DNA of 63,267 nt, filler included, from Octopus bimaculoides (lineage: Eukaryota): NCBI RefSeq assembly GCF_001194135.2. It is 5 parts of 4 records of this genome, joined end to end, with 100 filler letters (N's around TTAATTAATTAA, not from the genome) between each part and the next. Parts side by side here need not be neighbours in the genome. Positions count along the whole stretch, not along the records: positions 1 to 29,462 come from NC_068999.1; 4 more parts are not named here. One strand, written 5' to 3'. The stretch's first letter is position 1. Every line of letters starts with the position of its first letter. Positions 1 through 12,057 of this stretch are shown piece after piece. The position numbers and the translations under genes were made by a program. A model generated the notes under the pieces. The model was not told the origin of the DNA, ran no database searches, and saw nothing but the letters and a program-made list of their open reading frames with translations.

Positions 1-1715
1 ATATATATATATATATACACACCCATACAGAAGCAGATAGATAGATTAACGGATGAGTAAGTATATAAACAGTCTATATGAAAAGAAAAGACCACATCGA
101 ACGTGTAGAATAGTTCGAAAATTAACCAAGCAATTTCTTAAACGTACGAACATATGAAATGCTATTGTAAAGTTTGAAAATCCTCCTAGAGGCTATGTTA
201 TGAATGGAAGAATGATGAATGATTCAATAAACGGAATATTGGTTGAAATCCAGTCTGGTAGCCAGAGCAATTAATATCAGCTCAAGTATTAGGTAAACAA
301 ACAGTATTTATATGTAATTTATATACGGCACTGTAACTCCAACAGTAAACCCCTGATGACTGGTAAATTCGGAATGGATTAATTTCGCAATGGATGCGCG
401 TTCAATTACATTTCGCTCTCAATCCGTTTTGGAAAAGCATAAACACTTCAATTCCTTTTACGCTGTTTTTTATTCGTTTGGTCTTATTTTTTGTTTTTAT
501 ATTTTGAGAAATGCCTCTGTATTTGTTGTAGACAGGAATTATTAAACGGAAAAAAATTGATGGAGAATGCAGTAAAACTATAAATATCTTGTGAGGTTTG
601 GTCATGAAGTGACAGACTAAATCCGCCACTAACTTTCGCAGCATCAACTCGCTCTTGAATGACCTTAGCAGAATCCATCCTGTTGCCAGAATTCGGCCGG
701 AATTCGTAGCTTCTTATTCCTTTTTCATCCACAAGTCTCGGACGTCTCGGTAAAATAAAGAAAATATATATTTTTGTATACGTCGCTTTTTCCTTTACCT
801 AATTATATAAAGCACAACAGATGAAAGTAGCTTCACTCCCGCGACCTGCGTTGCAACAAAGAGGCTGCAATATGAGAGAGAGGCTCCTTTCAATCGTTGT
901 GATCAACTTATTCTTTCATCTGTCCAAAGTCGATAAAATAAACTACCACAGAAATACTGAACTTCATTAGATCGACATAACATTCATTTTCTAGGACATA
1001 TAATCACTAGAGACTTGACCATGCAGGATCAGGGAAGTACTGTTGATTTTAAAGCATGATGTCTGAGTGGCATGAAATAATACACGTTACTTTGGCAAGT
1101 CAAGATCACGAATGGTTCGGTTCTAATTGTTCGTTCTAATTGTTCATTAAAAAAAAAAATGTAGAGAAGCCAATGTTTTGAAATCTCATAAAAATGCAAA
1201 AAATATTACAGCAACATGTAAATCCAAAAGTTGGAATTGCACTTGAAATTCGAAAAGCATTTAAATGCCTGTTGTTTAAACCTTCAATTTTTTCTTACCT
1301 TCATCTTATGGCTTACATTTATTATTTTGACTCAACCAAACAAATTTTCATTTATTATGAAGTAAGTTACGTGCCAAGAAAATGTATCAGAACTGATGCA
1401 TGATGGGATACAATGCCAAAGCAAGTGTCAATTACAGTTGGTTGTCTCAAATAAATTAGTCTCGAACGCTAGGAGAGATTATATTTTAAGATACCAGTTT
1501 TGTGGTTTTATTCATTTATTGTAAGAGTCACGATAGATCAATGGGAATACTTGACTTGTACTTTATATTATCGACCCCGTAAAAAGATAATACGCAAGTC
1601 GACATCAGAGAAACTTGAGCCCATAATGGACGTGATTAAACATTACAAGATACTTTACCTGATGCTCTACGACTTCAAATGTTCTAGTATTGGTTTCAAA
1701 GTTTGGCACAAGGTC

Positions 1716-1838
1716 TGAAATTTCGAGAAAAGGAATAAGCCTATTAGGTTGATCCCGGTGCTTAATTGGTACTCACTTTATCGATCGCAGTGGAATTTGA
1801 ACTCAAAACGTAAAGAGGGATGAAATACCGCTAAGTAT
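1716..1838 (-). mobile_element. SINE family A fragment (tRNA-headed), internally deleted
   Basis: Reverse complement contains cttagcggtatttcatcc...gttttgagttcaaattccac (B-box-like) and gatcgataaagtgagtaccaatta, matching the better copy at 7966-8194. Confidence 0.7.
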
Positions 1839-2146
1839 GATAAATATATAAATGGTGGCTTGTCAGAATTGTTAGAGCATTGGAAAGAATTCCTTAAGTT
1901 AATTTTCCCTACTTATATATATATATATAATACAGAATGGGACAAAAACGAAAAAATATCCAGACAGTTAGGTGATACAAGAAAGGAACAAAACATACAG
2001 ATAGACGATACAAAGAAAGGACGGACGTGTCATTCGGAGTTTTCTCTCTTCAGTCGAGATCCAGATTATCGTTGCAATTTCGACTGGTTATTCTCGATAT
2101 TGCTCCAATCTGGCCAACCCCAAGGAAAAACTAAGCTATGCATTAC

Positions 2147-2264
2147 GATCGTTTCATGCGACTCCATTTATTTAAGCAATGTGAACATTACATCAAATGC
2201 TCTGCATTTTACATTTGATGTAATGTTCACATTGCTTAAATAAATGGAGTCGCATGAAACGATC
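2147..2264. repeat. Perfect inverted repeat: 53-bp arms, 12-nt loop
   Basis: 2147-2199 (gatcgtttcatgcg...gtgaacattacatcaaatg) is the exact reverse complement of 2212-2264; loop ctctgcatttta; weaker complementarity continues about 30 bp outward. Confidence 0.95.
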
Positions 2265-3168
2265 CTATTGCATTAACTTTGGATATCCTTGTTGCTTATT
2301 TTGATTTTATTCACCTTATTTTGAAATTTTATCGATAATACCATACTTAATTCTAGTGCCTAAACTTAAGTANNNNNNNNNNNNNNNNNNNNNNNNNNNN
2401 NNNNNNNNNNNNNNNNNNNNNNNNNNNNNNNNNNNNNNNNNNNNNNNNNNNNNNNNNNTATATATATATATATATATGGGGTTCGAATATCACTGAAGTC
2501 TAGGTTATTTTCATATCTCTGGTGTCGATAAATAAAATAAAAGTCAACTATTCGGGTTGATGGTATCCACACACTCCGCACCAGATAGAAATAAAGACAT
2601 AAATTTCGAGTATTGTGCCTATATTAGAAGTAATATATTATTGTAACGTTATAATAAGATGATATAATTGGCAGCTAACCATTTTTCAAAGTTTTAAAAG
2701 AACTGCTTCAAAAGTATGTTTAATATATTTACTAAGATGAATTTAAACTAAGATATACATATTTAACATCAATGAGCCATAAGGAAAATTGTAATTGTGC
2801 TGTGTTTCCAAGATACGTAAGCACAATGAAGAATACGACGGTAGCAATCACTGGCAACAAGACCGAGAAGAAACCGAACACAAAAGAAATGTATCTGAAC
2901 ATTGTTCGATATTATTATAAGCTTTGTAATCAATTCCCACTCCAGCACCAATACCTTGGAATACAATCCATATACCGTTATTGGAAACTCATATATCATG
3001 ATAGTATGGAGTTGTAAAGAGCAAAGAGTGATTGAGTGACTGACTTATGGTTGGTTGGCTGGTTGGTTGGTTAGTGGTAAGAAGAGAAACAGATATTCAT
3101 CCACGTGGAAGACATATCGAAATCACATATGAACAGAAGACGAAAATGGAGACAGATAGATCGGGACT

Positions 3169-3169
<1 letters not shown>

Positions 3170-3226
<57 letters not shown>

Positions 3227-3260
3227 AAGAGAGAGCGAGAGAGAGAGGAGAGAGCCAGAG
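3170..3260. repeat. (GA)n microsatellite within a purine-rich tract that extends to about 3720
   Basis: Directly visible gagaga run; explains the RERERE/SLSLSL ORFs. Confidence 0.95.
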
Positions 3261-4139
3261 AAAGGAAAGAGAAATATAGAAAGGTTGAGAGAAATATCGA
3301 GATCAAGAAAAGAAAAAGCAAAACGAGAGAAGAGAAAGCCAAGACAGATGCAATTTTTTAAAAAAAGGACAGCAAAGGGAGAGAAAAGAAGGAGAGAAGT
3401 GACTGCACGGTAGTAATAAACGAAGGTAAGATAATATGAGCGAGAGAGAGAGGGGGAGACATATGAAGGAAAAGATAGAGCGGAAGGAAAGGATACAAAA
3501 TATGATAGACAGAAGTGAAAGAGAAAGGCTGTGAGAAAAACCAAGGGAGAGAAAAAGTGTGAGAGAATATAAATGAAAATGTAAATGAGAAACTGAGTGA
3601 GAGACAAAGGATAGAATGCAACATAGAACAACAGGGAGAGCAAGAAAGAGAGGTAAGGGAAATAGAAAGAGGTATGGGAGATACAAGGAGAGAGAAAGAG
3701 ACAGGGGAGGTAAGAAGCTTGGGCGAAACATTAATGGTCGAAATTGGAAATCGAAGCTTTGAAGATTGAATGCTTACTATTCGTCTTATAATGTTATGAT
3801 CAAGGAGGACTGCAGTTGGCTGGGTTGTTTTGTGTATCAGGCGGTTGGCTAACATGTTCGTAGTTCCTTCGTCATCACCATCACCATATTTCGTCTCTGA
3901 GAAAGACATGAAATGCCCTCCCTCTCTCTTTCTCCCTCCATATATGCATATGGTGAGCGAGAGAAAGATACATACATACATAGATTTTATTATTTCATAT
4001 GCATATATACAAGCATATATAAATATATAGTCTGAGAGAAAAGTGAGAAAATGAAGGACAGAGAAAATTGTGTTAATATATATCCACAGATATTCATGCA
4101 TGTACGTATGTATGTTTGTAACTTATGTTCGTATGTATA

Positions 4140-4214
<75 letters not shown>

Positions 4215-4342
4215 TAGCACACACACAGACACACATATTAGTTTCGTTAAAGACATAGCCTTGAAGAAATATTGCTGTATACGTGCATGTGTATGTGCTT
4301 GAACATATGTGTGCATGCGTTTGCCAGCTTGCGTGTGTGTTT

Positions 4343-4402
<60 letters not shown>

Positions 4403-4604
4403 ATGTACGTGTGAACGCGCATGCGTGCGTGTGTTGGAATATCTGCATTGAAAAGATTTATAACCATCTGATCATAGACATACATGAGATTTAGTTGGCA
4501 TCTAGCTGTAAGAATTCAACAAACTATGGCGTGAAGAAGATGCTTGCAACATAGTTGTATCGTTCAGAAAATTACAAGGGAATCCATTTTTGTAGGAATT
4601 GTTA

Positions 4605-4690
4605 TCAGCAGAAATGTTAGCACGTCGGACAAAATGATCAGCTGCGTTTGTTCTGGATATTTACGCTCTGAGTTCAAATTCCGTAGAGGT
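4605..4690 (+). mobile_element. SINE family A head, degraded
   Basis: cagcagaaatgttagcacgtcggacaaaatg...ctctgagttcaaattccg matches the family A 5' end. Confidence 0.7.
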
Positions 4691-4699
4691 TTTCTGTGA

Positions 4700-5700
4700 T
4701 TTTGGGGAAGATTTAAGAAAACGTCTGTTGAAATCTAATACCCTTGTTCTACAAACATGCGAAAAGGATCAGTTCTCCCCCAAAAAATCTGAGAAATGCT
4801 TGAAGAATATTTGGGGTTCGATCTGTCATGTGAGGAGCGGAAAAGAAGTTGGTTCCATTTTCACAATATGCCAATGCGAGGAAGAGGTGAAAAAAGATTG
4901 TATTCCAATATACTCCTCAGAAGAACGTATTTTAATTCCATCCTATCTGGAAAGGGAAAACTTAAATCTACTATAGAGAAATGATTGTTACCAAGCTCTT
5001 TCACAAAATATTGCCAGAAGAGATATCTGGAACATACGGTCTTCTCGAAGATCAAGGTAAGTGATCTTACCTGTTCATTCTCCGACAAACATAGCTGTGC
5101 TGAGAGCTGGTATGTGAGTGCACGTATCCTGTGGTCAGCTTGGAAGCAAGACCACTTCCTCAACGATCTAAGATCGCTCTCTCTCTATATATATAGATGT
5201 GGTGACCATCAGTGAGACGAGGGTTTTTGGAGCATAAGCATTATCATCCGATTTGACTATTATAAGATATTCACATATCATGGTCTCTCAGAATGGAGAA
5301 GCGGGGTAACAGTGTTCTTCCGGTAGGAGTTGGAAGGCCATATTTTCTTTAGACGTTCAGAAAAATTCCTCGGAATGTTTCACTCTTTACTACTAGTGTG
5401 CGACTGGAAATGTATCCTGGGCTTGGCAATGACTGTATGGGTATAGTGGATAACAGAGATGGGAGCAGAAGCCTCAAAAGCATGCTCAAAAACATTCAGC
5501 TCTCTGTAAAGTAAAGATTGGGTACCTGTGATGTGCTAGCTAGCACATGCAGTATACAGAGCGGGTCATCCAGATTGTATCTAGGTAGACTATTTGCTAG
5601 GTTAGTGTACAACGGTTATGTAGGATTTTCCCAGTTCAAACTAGTCTGTTACATAGGCAACAATTTTGTGAGCTGCGTAATTCATTTAGCCAGGACCCGT
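4700..5700 (-). mobile_element. Highly decayed non-LTR (CR1-group-like) reverse transcriptase remnant
   Basis: Minus-strand peptide fragments broken by stops and frameshifts (GIFLNV*RKYGL, GRTLLPRFSILRDHD, YIGIQSFFTSSSHWHIVKM, QIFFKHFS, RTRVLDF) fall in the order expected for CR1-type RT and its C-terminus. Similarity is weak and judged by eye. Confidence 0.4.
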
Positions 5701-6406
5701 AGACTATTTTCCCATTATTTTTAATGCAAGTTCTAGTATGATTTTTGTCATAAATTCATTTCAAGAGTAACGTTAACTCTCCGTTCAAGAAAGTGTCAAA
5801 TATATATCCATACCTTTGATATAATATTCATACTTATATATGCGTTAGACCCCTCTTAAAGTGTAGAGGAATTGGTCCTCTCTAATTGTATATGCAGGAG
5901 TCGGTTGAAACATGATGGAGGAATTGCTGAATATAACAAACATTAATATGTCTCGCACAGATGAATAGATTAAGAAGATTTAACAAAATGGAAGAAATAT
6001 CACCTGAAGGCGGCATTAATCTTAATACGACGTAAAGAACATTGATTTGTGCTATTAATATTGATTTGCAGCACATATTGCAATACGTTTGGGATGTATA
6101 ACATATCATAATTTCAAATATACGCAATCTTGCGCAGAAGCATGTCTAAGTGTATAATGTAGCAATGTTTAGTAACCGCTAACAACTCTGAATCTTCCGT
6201 TAGTAGAGTATCGACATTGCTTAAATCTGCGTTTTATTTGCACATGCATTTGTTTAAAATCTAAACAAACACAAATGAAATTCTTTGGTTGCATATATGT
6301 GATATTTAAAAGATGATTCATTATCATAGTGTCTTACAAAATCAAACGGCGTTTCTTTCTGGAGCTAAAAGAGCCCGAATGAGATAAACACTAACCCAGG
6401 TGCTGT

Positions 6407-6728
6407 GAAGGTACGTGGCTTAGAGGTTAAGGTATTCGGCTCATGATCGTAAAGTTGTGACTTCGATACCCAGTGGCACGATTTGTCCTTGAGCAAGACA
6501 CACTTTATTCCACGTTGCTCCAGTCCACTCTGTTGGTAGAAATTAGTAGCATTTGCATTCTAAATGGCCACCTTGTTACTTCCTGTGTCATGCTCAATCC
6601 TGAAAACTACGTTGAGGGTGCGCGTGTTAATGGCGTACTCATTTCACTTGCACGTTAATTTTACGAGTAAGCTGTTCCAATGATAGGATCAACTGGAGCC
6701 CTCGTTGTCGTAACCGACGGAGTGCCAG
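6407..6728 (+). mobile_element. SINE family C (tRNA head plus CORE-like segment)
   Basis: A-box-like gtggcttagaggttaagg, B-box-like acttcgatacc, then tgtccttgagcaagacactttattccacgttgctccagtccactc; related to 24202 and 49935. Confidence 0.8.
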
Positions 6729-6990
6729 TTCTTTTTAACCTTAGCACCACTGAGAACAATAATATGCTTTCCGTTAAAGCCTGTTTACTGAGTTATCATT
6801 CAGAAAAACAGATGTACATTGGAATGTTAATGCATGCTTTATAGAAAATTCTAGAATAGATATTTTTGTTTGATGTTTTGTAGACAGCAATAAACTTTGT
6901 AAAATATAACAATTATTATCAAAAGAAGGCTCCAGGCATTTTTGTAGTGAGCTAAAATTTAATAAATTGCTATCAATACAAGACTTTTTC

Positions 6991-7024
<34 letters not shown>

Positions 7025-7965
7025 NNNNNNNNNNNNNNNNNNNNNNNNNNNNNNNNNNNNNNNNNNNNNNNNNNNNNNNNNNNNNNNNNNNNNNNNNNNN
7101 NNNNNNNNNNNNNNNNNNNNNNNNNNNNNNNNNNNNNNNNNNNNNNNNNNNNNNNNNNNNNNNNNNNNNNNNNNNNNNNNNNNNNNNNNNNNNNNNNNNN
7201 NNNNNNNNNNNNNNNNNNNNNNNNNNNNNNNNNNNNNNNNNNNNNNNNNNNNNNNNNNNNNNNNNNNNNNNNNNNNNNNNNNNNNNNNNNNNNNNNNNNN
7301 NNNNNNNNNNNNNNNNNNNNNNNNNNNNNNNNNNNNNNNNNNNNNNNNNNNNNNNNNNNNNNNNNNNNNNNNNNNNNNNNNNNNNNNNNNNNNNNNNNNN
7401 NNNNNNNNNNNNNNNNNNNNNNNNNNNNNNNNNNNNNNNNNNNNNNNNNNNNNNNNNNNNNNNNNNNNNNNNNNNNNNNNNNNNNNNNNNNNNNNNNNNN
7501 NNNNNNNNNNNNNNNNNNNNNNNNNNNNNNNNNNNNNNNNNNNNNNNNNNNNNNNNNNNNNNNNNNNNNNNNNNNNNNNNNNNNNNNNNNNNNNNNNNNN
7601 NNNNNNNNNNNNNNNNNNNNNNNNNNNNNNNNNNNNNNNNNNNNNNNNNNNNNNNNNNNNNNNNNNNNNNNNNNNNNNNNNNNNNNNNNNNNNNNNNNNN
7701 NNNNNNNNNNNNNNNNNNNNNNNNNNNNNNNNNNNNNNNNNNNNNNNNNNNNNNNNNNNNNNNNNNNNNNNNNNNNNNNNNNNNNNNNNNNNNNNNNNNN
7801 NNNNNNNNNNNNNNNNNNNNNNNNNNNNNNNNNNNNNNNNNNNNNNNNNNNNNNNNNNNNNNNNNNNNNNNNNNNNNNNNNNNNNNNNNNNNNNNNNNNN
7901 NNNNNNNNNNNNNNNNNNNNNNNNNNNNNNNNNNGCTTTATTTTTCAATATGTATGCATTTATAA

Positions 7966-8194
7966 GGCGGCGAGCTGGCAGAAACGTTAGCACGCCGGGT
8001 CAAATGCTTAGCGGTATTTCGTCTGCCGTTACGTTCTGAGTTCAAATTCCACCGAGGTCAACTTTGCTTTTCATCCTTTCGGGGTCGATAGATTAAGTAC
8101 AAATTAGTCACTGCGGTCGATGTAATCGACCGAATCGTTTTTTCTGTCCTAGTTTGATCCCTCTATGTTTAGCCCCTTGTGGGCAATAAAGAAA
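7966..8194 (+). mobile_element. SINE family A, near full length
   Basis: ggcggcgagctggcagaaacgttagc (A-box), gagttcaaattcc (B-box), central ctttgcttttcatcctttcggggtcgata..aagtac domain, tail ending gtgggcaataaagaaa. Confidence 0.9.
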
Positions 8195-8390
8195 CGTTAG
8201 CACGCCGGGCGATATGCTTAGCGGTATATCGTCTTAGTTCTGAGTCCTGAATTCAAATTCCGCCGACGTCGACTTTGCTTTCTGTCCTCTTGCTATCAAT
8301 AAATTAGGTACAATTTACATACTGGGTAGATCTAATCCCCTGGCCACCTCCCCTATAATTTCGGGCATTGTGTCTAGAGTAAAGAAGAAT
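8195..8390 (+). mobile_element. SINE family A, second tandem copy with a different 3' tail
   Basis: Begins cgttagcacgccgggc directly after the first copy; B-box gaattcaaattcc; tail cctcccctataatttcgggcattgtg. Confidence 0.85.
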
Positions 8391-8569
8391 ATGAATGAAT
8401 TTATGGATTTATGTATATGTATGTATGTATGGATGTATGTATGTACTACGTACGTTCGTATGTATGTGCATGTATGTATGTATATTCTTGCACATGCGCA
8501 TATGAATATAACACATGTACTTTATATAACCATATGATATATATACGTATGTATGTATGTATTTGAGCA

Positions 8570-8600
<31 letters not shown>

Positions 8601-10060
8601 NNNNNNNNNNNNNNNNNNNNNNNNNNNNNNNNNNNNNNNNNNNNNNNNNNNNNNNNNNNNNNNNNNNNNNNNNNNNNNNNNNNNNNNNNNNNNNNNNNNN
8701 NNNNNNNNNNNNNNNNNNNNNNNNNNNNNNNNNNNNNNNNNNNNNNNNNNNNNNNNNNNNNNNNNNNNNNNNNNNNNNNNNNNNNNNNNNNNNNNNNNNN
8801 NNNNNNNNNNNNNNNNNNNNNNNNNNNNNNNNNNNNNNNNNNNNNNNNNNNNNNNNNNNNNNNNNNNNNNNNNNNNNNNNNNNNNNNNNNNNNNNNNNNN
8901 NNNNNNNNNNNNNNNNNNNNNNNNNNNNNNNNNNNNNNNNNNNNNNNNNNNNNNNNNNNNNNNNNNNNNNNNNNNNNNNNNNNNNNNNNNNNNNNNNNNN
9001 NNNNNNNNNNNNNNNNNNNNNNNNNNNNNNNNNNNNNNNNNNNNNNNNNNNNNNNNNNNNNNNNNNNNNNNNNNNNNNNNNNNNNNNNNNNNNNNNNNNN
9101 NNNNNNNNNNNNNNNNNNNNNNNNNNNNNNNNNNNNNNNNNNNNNNNNNNNNNNNNNNNNNNNNNNNNNNNNNNNNNNNNNNNNNNNNNNNNNNNNNNNN
9201 NNNNNNNNNNNNNNNNNNNNNNNNNNNNNNNNNNNNNNNNNNNNNNNNNNNNNNNNNNNNNNNNNNNNNNNNNNNNNNNNNNNNNNNNNNNNNNNNNNNN
9301 NNNNNNNNNNNNNNNNNNNNNNNNNNNNNNNNNNNNNNNNNNNNNNNNNNNNNNNNNNNNNNNNNNNNNNNNNNNNNNNNNNNNNNNNNNNNNNNNNNNN
9401 NTATATATATATATATATATTTACACACATATATATAATATCATATATATATATTTATATATATGTTTTTATGCATATATATTTTTCTATCTAAGAATAT
9501 ACATATATATATATATATGCACATATATGCAAACACATTCTCATATATACAAACGCAGGCATGCACGCACACAAACACACACACGGTTTTTAAAGATAGA
9601 ACGCGAATTAGATAAAACTGTAAATATTGTAATTTATGAAATCACTGACGGCAAAGGAAAAAAGAAATAAATGTCAACTAGATCTTATTAATGAGGCATA
9701 AAATTGCTTCAAGGCAAATACAGAAATCAAAAGGTAGAGTTATTTGATTAATATAACTAATTTTCAGAATGCCTAGAGAAGCTACAAATATTTGATTTAG
9801 GGAAAATGATTCTGTGTAGCAACCACTGTACATGCCAGATTTCTTTTTGTAATTGGTATAAAATGTAACGCAGAGTATAATGAATGAGGGGGTGATCTCT
9901 GGTCACCAGTTAGTTTAATGGACATATTTCTACATGATATTTGGCGGGATTAGTATTTTAATATTATTTTTACGTAATATTTTGCGGGATTAGGAATTTA
10001 AATTCCTTAGAAGTTAGGAATTTATTTAAAATCCGAGGAAGAAGAAAGAAAATGAGTGGC

Positions 10061-10262
10061 ATAGGCATATCCTTCATATATTACTCGTTTCACTCATAAG
10101 ACTGCAGCCATGCTGGGCACCACAACTTGAGGAATTTTAGTCGAACTACTCCATCCTAGGGTTTTGAAAGCTTCGTACTTATTCTATCGAACACTTTATA
10201 ACGAACCGCTAGTGTATGGGAACATAAACAAAGCAAATCTGGTTGTCAAGCGTCGGTAACAG
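10061..10262 (-). mobile_element. SINE family B 3' half
   Basis: gactgcagccatgctgggcacc...gtacttattctatcg...cgaaccgct...ggttgtcaagcg, the reverse complement of the tail at 45860-46020. Confidence 0.8.
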
Positions 10263-10289
10263 ACATACACAAAGACAAAATTACGCATG

Positions 10290-10326
<37 letters not shown>

Positions 10327-11489
10327 ACACACACACGCATATATATATATATATATATNNNNNNNNNNNNNNNNNNNNNNNNNNNNNNNNNNNNNNNNNN
10401 NNNNNNNNNNNNNNNNNNNNNNNNNNNNNNNNNNNNNNNNNNNNNNNNNNNNNNNNNNNNNNNNNNNNNNNNNNNNNNNNNNNNNNNNNNNNNNNNNNNN
10501 NNNNNNNNNNNNNNNNNNNNNNNNNNNNNNNNNNNNNNNNNNNNNNNNNNNNNNNNNNNNNNNNNNNNNNNNNNNNNNNNNNNNNNNNNNNNNNNNNNNN
10601 NNNNNNNNNNNNNNNNNNNNNNNNNNNNNNNNNNNNNNNNNNNNNNNNNNNNNNNNNNNNNNNNNNNNNNNNNNNNNNNNNNNNNNNNNNNNNNNNNNNN
10701 NNNNNNNNNNNNNNNNNNNNNNNNNNNNNNNNNNNNNNNNNNNNNNNNNNNNNNNNNNNNNNNNNNNNNNNNNNNNNNNNNNNNNNNNNNNNNNNNNNNN
10801 NNNNNNNNNNNNNNNNNNNNNNNNNNNNNNNNNNNNNNNNNNNNNNNNNNNNNNNNNNNNNNNNNNNNNNNNNNNNNNNNNNNNNNNNNNNNNNNNNNNN
10901 NNNNNNNNNNNNNNNNNNNNNNNNNNTATATATATATATATGGCAAATGAAAGACGGAAGATGGAATATACGAGAATGTATTATTAATCACGACAATTGT
11001 TTTGACATATCTAGCATCGATTCCACTTGGGTTGGACACTCAACAACTGATTCAGGAGCAGATGTATCTCGTTGGGTGATAAATAAATACAACTCGTTAA
11101 AATAACTATTCCGCAATATAACTTTCCGTTTTGTAGAGAGAAAAGCCGCCAGACGGAGGAAATATCTTAATTTATATAGAAGATCAAAAATAAAATCACA
11201 GATGGCAACAAGAGAAACAAACACGCAATCCATCGAGAAAAGTATTAAAAATACCCGTTAACAGACATGGATGTATAATCGCCCTCGGGCAAGCTGCATG
11301 GCGCCAGTACACTCGCTCGTACAAACATCCGTAAAAATGTGAGCATACGCACACGTGAGGTTTGGTGCACTTATGATCACAGAGCGAATTAGTTATCCAC
11401 TTGGTGTTTATAAGAATGGGGAGGTTAGAAGTAAACTTAAGTCATCCATACCTTAAAGTAAATTAAAGTTAACGGTTACTCAAAATTCA

Positions 11490-12057
11490 TTCTGAATGCA
11501 TTGTGCGGAAGTACATTTATATGCATGTAGGCATCTCGAGAGGCGTTCAAAAATCCTATTAATTATCTTCTTGTTAGTCCACAGAATAGATCAGGGATTC
11601 TTCGGGGCAGAGACGGCATCTCCTGGAAATTATATCGTATGGTTTCGCATACCTTATTGTGGCCCAATTAATCCTTCAGTCGCCATGCAAAATCTGCCAA
11701 AGATGTTGAATCTCTCTTCTTGATTGTCTTAAAGCTGGCAACATGGTTACGATAAAGATTCTTAGATGAATCAGCCGTCTGCCCAATGTAAACATACGGC
11801 CCTCCCCTTGTGTGCACGGTACATTTATATACAAGATTTGTACCCACACAGAGATTCATCAAAGGATATTTTGATTTTTCTCTGCATGTGCATTTATCGT
11901 ATTTATTTGTATATAAGGCAGTCCCGACTCCATTTACCGGCGTTACTACCGTGCTAGCTGTATCGTAAGTATTTCTTCTACTACAAATTAGTCGTAGCTG
12001 GTGTTCATTAATGCGGTTTACATCTCCTTGGTTGGAATTTCTGTCTACTAAATCCAC
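11490..12057 (-). mobile_element. Penelope-like element GIY-YIG endonuclease fragment (pseudogenised)
   Basis: CTCREKSKYPLMNLCVGTNLVYKCTV...YVYIGQTADSSKNLYRNHVASF...STSLADFAWRLKD, then after a frameshift NWATIRYAKPY...CRLCPEE and INR..E..SRCLH. This matches the CxC..CPL..C / VY..YIG / CxxC architecture of PLE endonucleases. Confidence 0.9.

Noticed and set aside
3047-4494. Long ORFs of 100-247 aa ([16 protein letters not shown]), and similar ORFs throughout the window
   Set aside because: They are translations of dinucleotide microsatellites or run through N gaps; no domain content.
5057-5062. Strong splice-donor-like AG|GTAAGT
   Set aside because: No convincing upstream acceptor or recognisable peptide; it lies within a probable antisense LINE remnant.
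6407-6480. tRNA genes at SINE heads (also 24202 and 61675)
   Set aside because: A/B boxes are present but there is no full cloverleaf, and they continue into SINE body sequence.
10935-11250. Plus-strand reading QMKDGRWNIRECIINHDNCFDI... as PLE RT or a host exon
   Set aside because: Only vague motif resemblance, an internal stop, and no clear splice sites.
11490-12057. Selenocysteine recoding in the PLE endonuclease fragments
   Set aside because: The Cys positions read here and at 63010 are TGT/TGC (one TAT); no in-frame TGA at those sites and no SECIS that I could identify.
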